Shown: positions 49,283-59,290 of the stretch, piece after piece
Layout: each line of letters opens with the position of its first letter
Numbering within the stretch: the stretch's first letter is position 1
Source of the DNA: Hydrolagus affinis
Lineage: Eukaryota
Reading direction: 5' to 3'
NCBI GenBank assembly: GCA_012026655.1
Contig: JAAILG010000029.1
Span: 1-64,000, forward strand
Length of the DNA stretch: 64,000 nt
Notes under the pieces: generated by a model
The model's database searches: none
What the model was told of the DNA's origin: nothing
Seen by the model: only the letters and a program-made list of their open reading frames with translations
Position numbers and translations under genes: made by a program

Positions 49283-50404
49283 TAAGATAGAAAGAGGAAT
49301 CCAACGTCAATGTTTTAGCTAAGTATGTCACAGAATTTGAAAGGCCTGAAATTCTACCTGGTCATAACCGTAAGATCAGCAGCTTAAAATTTAAGAAGGT
49401 GCAGAATTTTTGAAAATTGATGTTCAGTCTCATTAAACCTGCTGATTCTGTATAACGCTAAACGCTTTAAATGGACTAGGGCCAGTACACCACTTACAGG
49501 TGTTCTCTGCGCAATGGATGGATTGGTTTTGATGCATTTCAGATGTAACCACCTGCACTTATGTAGAGCCTTTCATGTTGAACAATTCTTGACGAGCTCA
49601 GCAAATTTAGCTGTGGACAGTGAGCAAGTGAAAAATGTTGACCGAAGCCAGAGACAAGATGTGCTTTTGGGAAAGTTGTGGAGGAAGGGAGGCATTAAGA
49701 TTTGAAGGTACTGAGAGAGGAAGCAAGGAAAAGACATTTCCACTAGGGTTTGGCTGTTTCAGAGTCAGCCTATCAGCTCACAATGCAACTACTCTACACC
49801 ATGTCGCACGATAGAGTTTGTATGTTGCAGGATTTGCTTTGCTGGCACTTTTGCAATCTTGTTGTTCACATTTTCAGTGTGCTGAGCCCAGCTTCGCAGT
49901 GGCTTGGTGGTAGATAAATGCTTCTTGTAAAGAAAGCATCAAAGATTAATACCTATTGTTCCTAATGTTGTATCACTTCTTTATCAAGATAATGTGGATG
50001 TGGTTTGTGCAAACCAGCTACTTACCAGAAAATATGGAGGAGGAGGGCTCTGTACCTGTTATCAATCAACGCAGCAGACAATACTGCAGTGGCCACACGT
50101 ACCTGTGTAGTAAAGCCACAAGTGAAAACGCTTGGTATTTAATTAAAGTTGTTTTGCTTTTAAGAATGTTACAAACGTTTTGTGACATTGACTACCTGAA
50201 AGGTCAGTGAGTTCTTTTAATGGTGAGATTTCACAATGAACTGGGTTAAATATAATCCTTGCATTTTGATATATGGCATTTTGAAATACTCAGCATCTTT
50301 TTTATCTCTTGTTCTGCAGAACCAATCCACACACCTGTTTGTGTATGTCATGAGTGCAATAGTTTATGCAGTCACATCTCAAGCCAATTCCTTAACATAT
50401 ATAT

Positions 50405-50525
50405 ACTATAATAATCCTTCCATTTGATATAGCGCCTCTCACGTCTTCTAGAAGTCTCAAACCACTTCACAGAATAAACTGTAAAGTGAATTGACTTTAC
50501 GTGGGCGAAACACAGCAGCCAATAC
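50405..50525 (-). mobile_element. SINE 3' half
   Basis: taatccttccatttgatatagcgcc...gtctcaa...ttcacagaat...gggcgaaacacagcagccaat. Confidence 0.88.
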
Positions 50526-50904
50526 TGCAATAAAACTGTCCAGTGCATACATTTCTGTAAGCACGCTGGACAGATACTTTCCAGGTGGCCCTTGCTGCTG
50601 AATCCAGTGAGAATATTTTAGAATGATATGAGTTTGTATATTCTTCTCTGTTTAAGAGGAACTAATGCAGTGAAAATTGTGATATTTGTTTCATTACAAA
50701 AAAAAAATTAATTAACAAATCAAATCTGTGAACAAACCAAGTAAATTTCACCTCTTAGTATTTTGTACAATATTTGTAAGGGCCATTAAAGTTTTGTTTA
50801 TAAATTCCGGACAAAATCTAATTTTCAGTTTAGTTTCCAGGGTTCACAATTGTGTGTGCTGCTGCCTGCTTACAATGCTGGTCCCACCAACATCCTGAAA
50901 AGCC

Positions 50905-51188
50905 ACTTTCTGTCCTTCAGATGAGATGTTAACCAAGGTCTCATCTGTCCGGTCAGGTAGATTTTAATCACTCGAAAAGTGAACAGAAGTTTCTCCCAGT
51001 GTCCTGGCCAACAGTCTCAGATAAAATTGGTCATTCATTTCATGGCCTTTTGTGGGACATTGCTGTGTGCAAATTGGCTGCCGAGTTCACCCATGAAACA
51101 CATAGTTACTTCCATTCAAGCACTTTCAGATGTCTTAATAACTTGATAATTGGTGTGATAAAATGCTATTTCAATGGGAAGGTTTATT
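50905..51188 (+). mobile_element. Deu-domain SINE
   Basis: ctgtccttcagatgagatgttaaccaaggtctcatctgtccggtcaggtag...ttctcccagtgtcctggccaac...tgtgggacattgctgtgtgcaaattggctgcc. Confidence 0.85.
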
Positions 51189-52589
51189 CTGATGTCCCTC
51201 CTAATTGGAAGTTAATCATTTATATTAAAAACAAACTAAGCAGAGCTCAACTATTCCCACTTTCCTCTCTCTCTCTCTCCCCCTGCCCCCCACCACCACC
51301 ACCGTCAATAAACTAAAGGAATTCATGTTACCTGTAGTTATGCAGTAGTGTTGCCAATCACCTGTGTGGAAAATACAGATCATCACAAAGCTAGAATGTA
51401 GCTCAAAATCTGTACCATGGAAAAATGGATTTCTTGCACAAAGTGCTGAGAAATATACCTTTTTTTTAAACTGCAATAATGGAGTTTATCTCGCAATGGC
51501 TGTAAATCTGAACAAATTCTATTTGAAAAAAATTCTGTTGAATTTAGATATTTTTGGACTTGTCACTAAGATTAATATTAACAATGAACATTTTAAAATT
51601 ATTCTCGCTGGGGTGCAAGCCATCAAGGTTTGACTGGCTATCACTTGCAGTCTGAATGGAAATCAAAGGATTCTCCTGGGATGGTTTTATGGACTGTCTC
51701 ATACATTATCTGTGTGTCTTACCCCAGTTAAACCGGAATGAGCACTGATCAGCGATGTGTCAAATTCAGACTGCCTTTGCCTCATTACAACAATATAAGA
51801 CCGGGGACCAATGACATATGAAATCTACAGTTACATGTAGTTTTTTTTAAAAAAAATCTTAAATCGGATTGACCTTACAGTTAAAAGGCTCCTGACAAAA
51901 ATGTACTGCAGCATCTCTGTTATTTCTATCCAAATGAATCGTGGCAGTTGCAGCTAACTTGTGTTTTCTATCCTTTGATTTCAGACCTATTGACCTTTTA
52001 ATCCTTGACTGGTCTATTGTATTAATGTGAAAACTCTTGCAGTGTTGTGGTACTTGGCGGTAGATGGTGTGCGGTGATTCTGGCTTTACCTGCAGGTTGT
52101 GGAGCCTTAACCAGTTCAGATCAAATAAGGAATGAGCTTAATAGGGCTGTTTTAGAAGCTTTCAAATTAAGACTGAAGCTAAGATTAAGATTTCCACCGA
52201 ATCCCACATCAGATCACATCTGCAGACCTTCCACTTCAACCATATTCTATAATCACCTCCAACTCTCCTCGGCGTAGCACTAAGCTCTGCCACCGATAAA
52301 CACTCTGTGATGCTACCCTATGTGAAGGATAAATGCAAGTTATTGCTTTTGGATCTAAGAATTGTTTACAACTCCTAAATTATGTGCATTCTTATTTTTT
52401 GACATCGGCATGATCTTGCAGAATAAGGCTAAGCGGAATTGCAGGCCTCTGGTGTCCTGCGAGTTGAAGTCTATTTGCGACTTTATTGAGTGAAAACTAG
52501 AAATATCCTTGTAACAAGGGATGCAGCTTCTCAAAGGAGTTGGGGTGGGGGGTGGGGGTGTTGGGTTGGTAACAGGGCCTTGATTATAT

Positions 52590-53037
52590 CTGTATAATTG
52601 GGGTAGGCACCTCATTTTGTGAGCGATGAATACCGAGGTGTCTTGTTCGATCCCCGACTGTCTTTCCTCCCCCATGTCCAAGCCATGACCCGCTCTGCCC
52701 GCCCTCAGCTCCGCAATGTTGCCTGACTCCGCCAGTACCCCACCCCTCAGGCCGCTGAAACCCTCATTCATGCCTGCATCCCATCCAGGCTCAACCCTGC
52801 TGATGCTCTGCTTGTCAGCCTAGACCCAACCCCTCCCTCCACTGGCTGCAGATAATCCAGAAATCCTGCCTCAAGACCCTCCACTTTAACGGTCCCATCG
52901 ATCACCCCAAATCTCCTCCTTTCCCTCCACTCCTCCTGACCCCAGCTCGGGTCTGAAATATTGACTCTCCGGTGCCTTGGGAAGACTCCTGACCATGAAA
53001 GGCGCTGTACTAGTGTCATTTTCTTGTGGTTCTTGTT
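52590..53037 (+). mobile_element. L2 LINE fragment with internal deletions
   Basis: ggtgtcttgttcgatcccc...gccgctgaaaccctcattcatgcc...cccagctcgggtc...gaaaggcgct tail. Confidence 0.85.
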
Positions 53038-53129
53038 GAATAGGGGTGAGTGGTTTTTGCACTTTGCGTGTTAAAAATAGGAAAGCGCCGTGAATCGAAC
53101 CGTTGCTTTTCGTTCCATCCCTCAAAACG

Positions 53130-53242
53130 TACAAGTCACTCTGCAGTGACAGTACGTTCCGCCGAGCTCTTTGAGACATCTGCGCGAGGCGATAAGGCCG
53201 CTATATCAAATGCAAAGGAGAATTCTTATGATGATGATTACT
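53130..53242 (+). mobile_element. SINE 3' tail inside the CpG island
   Basis: gctctttgagacatctgcgcgaggcgataaggccgctatatcaaatgcaa. Confidence 0.75.
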
Positions 53243-53368
53243 TTTATGGATGAGATAAACATGTTGACGAACGGTGGGTGGGGGAGGGGGGTTTGTTTCC
53301 AAAAATAAAATGGAATGAGTAGATGGCTGGAGTGGGGTGTCTGGACTGAAGAGAGAGTGTGTGAGAGA

Positions 53369-53468
53369 NNNNNNNNNNNNNNNNNNNNNNNNNNNNNNNN
53401 NNNNNNNNNNNNNNNNNNNNNNNNNNNNNNNNNNNNNNNNNNNNNNNNNNNNNNNNNNNNNNNNNNNN
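53369..53468. other. Assembly gap (100 N, true size unknown)
   Basis: Run of exactly 100 N. Confidence 0.99.
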
Positions 53469-54115
53469 CGAAAACTGTCAGGGCTCTAGGCATTATCGCC
53501 TTGGTGAACACACACACACACACGCACTCACTCACTCGCACACTCGCTCGACGTTAAAATATCCTTTTCGGTCTCGACGTTTCGACCGCTTTCCCAATTC
53601 TGTGCAACGACAGCGTGAAGAGGGAGGGAAAGGAGGGGAGGGGATGGGAGGGAATTTTATTTCAGAGGAAAGGAATGTCAGCAATTTATAAGCTTCGGTG
53701 CTGCTGTGTTCCTGAGAGCCCCGCACTGTAATCAGCTTACCCCGCGCCGCAGAAACCCCATGTGCTTTATTAACGCTTTCACTGTAACAGGAGAGCGCTC
53801 AGGGTCTGTGCCATTGATTGGAGTGAGTGACACGAAGCCGCTCTCTCCCTCTCTGTGTGAGCGGCTCTTCAGCTCCTCTTTATCGCTGGGCGCAGGCGAG
53901 TTTGCGATCCACTGAACCGTGTGTTTTCTGCTGCTGTTTAATATGACTGTGGCATAGAATCGAGACGTATTATTCATCCCTCTTCTCTTCCACCCCCCCC
54001 CCCACCCCACACACATCTTCCTTTCCCAGTCAAGCACATCAAAGCACATCGGATTGGGTCGGTTAATCCCTCAGAGGAATGGTATTTTGCTGTCATTTCT
54101 TAATTGAAATAGCAA

Positions 54116-54166
54116 AACACACACACACATAGAGAGAGAGAGAGAGAAAATGTGTGTGTGTGTGTG
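54116..54166. repeat. Compound microsatellite (CA)n(AG)n(TG)n
   Basis: Seen directly; the CA and TG arms are complementary. Confidence 0.9.
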
Positions 54167-55734
54167 GTGGGGAGGAAATACGTAAATTGAATGGACTCAA
54201 AGCATATTATTTCATTTCCTTATTGACTGTCTGTGTTGTAGATTATTCTCCCCCACCCAGTGAAAGTTGTGCTTTCTTATTTAGTTGCATAACTCAGGTG
54301 GTGGGTGCATAGGGCAAAAAAAACATGATTTGTTTGCGATGTTGTTCAAGGTTTTCCTGTTTTGTACATTGGAGTAATTCACCCAGCTGGAAAATAATTA
54401 TTTTGTAATTATTGGGATTCTTTTTATTATTGTGATGGGGATGTGCTGGCTTTTCAATTAGAGATGGAGAGATGTTGAACCTCAGTCTTGTGTGCATTTC
54501 TGTTTGATTACTTAAAATGCACCATCACTTACCTGCTTAATTTACTGTATGTGTGTGTATGTATTGATGAGTATTTGGATTCAGATTTCCTGGTACTCTG
54601 ATAAAGCAAAATGCAGATAGATGCAATCTGTCCAAAGCATAAATATCAATTTGCCACACAGCGTATTTCATGTTGGTAGGATGTCTCAAAAAGCTTCGCA
54701 GAATTTAATGTGAAATGTAGTGACTGCGTTTACATTTACAATATGCGTTAGATATAGCGTCTTTCACGTTAGAGAGAATGTCTCAGAGCCCTTCGCACCA
54801 CTGGCTGGGCATCCGAGTTGGGGCAGGGGGTCACAGTTTCCTTATTTGCTGGAAATTGGAGGATTTCGTATCAGTTCCTCTGGTCAGGATGAAAACCGTT
54901 GGCTTCAGTGACTGATTCGGAGCTAAGCCCCTTCCTCTCTCTTTCCCCTCCCCCCCCCCTAAACCCCCACCACCATGTGGGATGGAGAGCCACTGACTGC
55001 TCGAGTAAAAGGACATTTAATTTTTTTGTTTTGCCTGTTTAAGCTTTCAAGTTGTTGGCATCGGCCCATCGTGAAACGCTGCAGCGTGCAAGCCTGATTT
55101 GGTGTGTAACCCAGGGCACCTGACACTCACACAAACCGACTAGGAATCCTCCGCCGCATGTGTGGCGTGCGTGCCGCTGAGTCAAAGCCATTATTTTCAA
55201 CTAGAATTCAGATCGATTTGACGTCTACTTGCGCCTCATCCCACCGCTGTCGCAAACGGGAGAATCCGGGTGGTGCCGCCCAGATGCCATCCGGTTCCCA
55301 GGCAAGCAGTGAGTTCCCCGGGTCAGACTCTCTACCAGGGCTGCATCAGACAGTAAGAGCAGAGAGGCTCTCATTCACCCAGCAAATTATTGCATTAGTC
55401 CTGTAATAATCTTTGCATTTGATATTACTTACGCCTTTATAATGCTGTTGAGACAGGAATTACGGTAAATTGTTGTGGCTGTGTATAAACAGCCATAAAG
55501 AGAATGACCGATTTTGTTTGGTGGCAGGTGAGGGTGGGTGGGTGGGGGAGGGTGGCGGGTGGGTGGGGAGTTGGCGGTTTGTTAGCTTCAGTGAAGAGCA
55601 GGTTGTTCTGCAAGTGCCACCTGCTCCTGCTTCCCTTCAGGAGCGTAATACAAGGTGGCATCAGCTCTACTCTTGACAGCTGGTGTTGCATCTACCTCTG
55701 TCCATTCTCTTTACGATCCTGTAACAGATAAATC

Positions 55735-55886
55735 ATTCTGGGACACTGCTGTGTGCAATTGGCTGTCGCATTTTGCCCACATATATAGTGTCAATTCACT
55801 TTTTGCAGTATATTCTGAGAAGCGCTTTGAGGTATCGAGAAGACGTGAAAAGCACTATATCAAAAGCAAAGAGTATTTTTATTATT
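55735..55886 (+). mobile_element. SINE 3' half
   Basis: tgggacactgctgtgtgcaattggctg...agaagacgtgaaaagcactatatcaaa. Confidence 0.9.
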
Positions 55887-55944
55887 CTGTGACACAGCAG
55901 TTTGAAAAAACACGAGTCTTTTCTGGCAATGAGAAGTGGAGAGA

Positions 55945-56150
55945 GAGCTAGCAGTAGATCACAAGATAGATTCGGATGAAGAAGTGCCTTTGGCACATTT
56001 TAGCCCTATCCTTCCTGAATACCCACCCAACCAGCCTTGCATACATGCTATCAAGCTGTTTCTCAATGAATCCAGGGCCTCAACCACCCTTCATGGAACC
56101 TGTTCTAGTTAATTGCCCTTTGAGTAAAGAAATGCTTTCCATGTCAGTTC
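55945..56150 (-). mobile_element. CR1 LINE 3' fragment, degraded
   Basis: tcggatgaagaagtgcctttggcacatt is the reverse of the terminus seen at 19645-19675; ctttgagtaaagaaatgctttcc. Confidence 0.55.
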
Positions 56151-57674
56151 GGAAGTTGCAACCTTACATATGCGTTCTGCTGCTTTTCTTTATTTAACAA
56201 TGGAAATGTGATTAGTTATCGTAAAATGATAGATGGGTTAAATCTTTAGGACCATAGCATTTTGTTGTACTATTAGTTATAATAATACTTGTATTTGATA
56301 TATTGCCTTATATTGTGGAGCTGCCTCGAGTGCTTCACTAGATTTACTCTCGAGTCTAGTGACTACCTGTTAACAGCCGAACATCTGTTTCTGTTTACTT
56401 CTGCCTATTTGTAGTTGTTAAGTGCATTGTGCAGCGAATAGCATTTTGAATTGTGTTGAATGAAATCATTGGGGGATGAGGATGACGACAAAAGAAAGAC
56501 ACATTGGAAGAAAACGGGAGCCAGAGCTTAACAGTATAAAGCAAACTACAGCCAGTGCATTGGTTCAACAGAGCACTTTAATCAGAGTTTTAATCTTTGG
56601 CCTAAACAGCAGATTTCATTGCAAGTTGAAGGCAGTGCAGTTTCTGTGCATACAGAGAGCAATTTCTAGGAGAATGCAGCCTTTGTACATTGTGCAGCAA
56701 GGTGGGGGAAGGATAAGAATGAACACATTTGAGTTACTTATTCTTCTGTCCATTCCCATGAAAAATGTTCCAGTTTTGTGCACTGAGATTCAGTGCTCCA
56801 AGCATGGGGCAGACTCTGGCTTGAATTCCTCTATGGAATTAAAACTGTACACTTTTCTGAATGTCAGAAATTACCCAACCTAATTTAATGTAAGTTTAAC
56901 AAATTTCTGCAATTGTGATTGAAAGATTTTTTTTTAGAAACTGTTCCATTCCTATAAATTCCTGCTAACTTCAAGTTACAGACTTCAATACACTCAGCCA
57001 AGAGCTTTCCCAATATTAGAACAGCTATTGTAATGCCTTGTGGCAATCTAATAACATAGAGAAACGTTCAATACAAATTTAGTGTATTCACATATCATAA
57101 AAATTTATTCAACAGATTTGGTGGTACACTGAATGTCATGAGAGGCAGGATGTGTCTCTCCCAAATGTGTGTGATTCTCTCAGGATGTGTGATTCTCAAG
57201 TTTAAATGACATGGAGAGATAATTTTATTAGAGGTAGAAGTTCAAGGAATCAATAATTGTACTAATAATTATTTTTAAATCCAGGTCATAATTACAAAGA
57301 AAGTGTTATCTGACTAGAATGAACCTTTGCCCCTCTGAATGAAAAGCACCTCTCTCTGCAGTTATAATTTTACATACAATTTTTTGGTGCATGAGATGGC
57401 TAGTAAATCAATAATGATTTCGGTGATAACGTAGAGGCATTAGCGTTTAGTGCTACAATCAAAGTGTGAATGAATACAAGTTAGACACGTTCTGTTCCAG
57501 CAGAGAGGCTGCAGTTAACATCAGACTGGGGAGCCTTGTTTGAGAACTCCTCAGCATGTGGGCAATTATGACAGCCCACCTTCCAAACATCATAGTCATC
57601 CATCAAGGCCAGACGGTACAAAGTAGGAGAAAAAACTCAAAAGAAGGAAAAAGGCCCCGAATTCAACATGGTCA

Positions 57675-57775
57675 TTTGCCTACAAAAATAGACAGTTGCT
57701 ACACTTCACAGTAAAACCTGTGAAGTGCTTTGAGATGACCACCATATCGAATGCAAGGATTGTTATTATTATTAT
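57675..57775 (+). mobile_element. SINE 3' tail
   Basis: cttcacagtaaaacctgtgaagtgctttgagat...atgcaaggattgttattatt. Confidence 0.8.
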
Positions 57776-58942
57776 AAAATTAATTTGCCTTAAAATTTTC
57801 GATGGTGCGAAAATGTGGAATGTTCTTGAATGCAGGCTTAATTTGGAAGCTGGTGTTTTTAAACAACTGTTGAAAAATGTCTTTCGAGTTGAAACTGAAT
57901 TGACAATTCAACACGATCATGAACTTTCAAAACAGAATGGCCCAAAATGGTCCGATGGCAAAGGGTTGATGGAATTTCAGATAAATTTCAGATCAAAAGC
58001 GTGGGGAAAAATAAAAGTGTGACAATGAACAGTGTTCCTGCCACTCTCTTTATCAGATGGTAGAAGATAGATTTGACTTTCCAAGCATCATTTTCCTGCC
58101 TGCAGAAACCAAATGAGCCACAGGGCTTATGGTTGAGTCATTGAGCCCAAGAAATACCAGCCAGCTCCTCCAGCTTCCTGCAGATGTACATTTGGAGCCT
58201 GCATTTAAACGTACTTGCTCTTGTATATTTTGCAAATGTTTTATTTGAAGATAATATGTCAAGGGCTGTGAGCAATTTACTTTTTATGGAGGGCACAAGC
58301 CGCTGTAATTTCTTGAATTTCAAGCTCTGTGCGGGTGCTACGGAGCCCAAAGCACCAAGGCCAGTTACTGCTGAAAGGCAGACAACTTCTCCTAAGCTTC
58401 TGCAAACATGACTCTTTGGCCAAGCACGTGACAGCCACGCAAGTCCTTGCCACATAGCAAAGACTTTGCATTTTCGTTTGGGGGCAAGTAGCTGTGGCTT
58501 ATTGCTGACCTCCTCTCCCCCCCCCCCCCCCACCTCCCGCAACTAAGACACTCACATCAAGAAAGAAGAATTAAAGATCTCATCAGCTTGGTACACTGGC
58601 ATTGCTGCTCTTGACCTCCATGGCAGAGTATTTCAACATCTGTAGTGCCTCAGACTTCTGAAACAATTCTATTCTTATCCCGGTGATAGTGACACGGATC
58701 ATGGGCTGATGAGGGGAAGTCAGTGTGGCTTCACTTGAGGGAACGATTTCTGGGGAGGTGACCAGAAGATAGATCAGTGAATGTCAGACATTTGGAATTT
58801 AGTATGGAAGATAGTGTTGATGTGCCTCAAGTTTCCTGCGTTACGTAAATCATACATGCAGTCGTCTCATTATCCTTGATAGCATCTTTACAGATTTCAA
58901 TATGTATTTGAAAGAGCCCCTTTTGACAGTGTATTATCATGT

Positions 58943-59290
58943 GGAGCTCCTGTGGCTCAGTGGTTAGAGCACTTGTCTTGCAAGCTGGGGAGACCAAGCT
59001 GGGGAGACCTGTGTTCGAATCCAGGCAGGTCAGGGCGAAACCTTGGGCAAGTTTCCTTACTCCACAAGCCTAATAATAATCCCTCCAAAAAAACCACAAT
59101 AATAAAATTGGTCATTTCAATCCACGACTGTGTGTGGGACACTGCTGTGCGCAATTGGCTGCCGCGATTCGCCCACAAATATATACAGTCAATTCACTTT
59201 ACAGTATATTCTGTGAAGCACTTTGGGGCGTCGATAAGATGTGGAAAGCGCTATATCAAATGCAAGGATTATTATTATTATTATTATTAT
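58943..59290 (+). mobile_element. Full-length tRNA(Ala)-derived SINE with an 11-bp target-site duplication
   Basis: A box gtggctcagtgg, B box gttcgaatcc, internal 14-nt duplication (caagctggggagac)x2, (ATT)n tail; tattatcatgt occurs at both 58932-58942 and 59285-59295. Confidence 0.95.

Larger units (their letters stand above)
53060..53960. promoter_or_regulatory. CpG island flanking an assembly gap; probable internal RORA promoter region
   Basis: By eye, roughly 30 CpGs in 53469-53940 and about 17 in 53060-53280, against a CpG-depleted background. G-rich tract at 53621-53652; reverse CCAAT (gattgg) near 53816. Confidence 0.6.

Noticed and set aside
51983-51996. RevDR2-like AGGTCA-at-AGGTCT on the minus strand
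   Set aside because: The second half-site is imperfect and the required 5' T extension is missing.
360-59290. Dispersed palindromic repeats as a CRISPR-like or REP-like system
   Set aside because: Irregular spacing, both orientations, attached to LINE/SINE bodies and microsatellite tails in a vertebrate intron.
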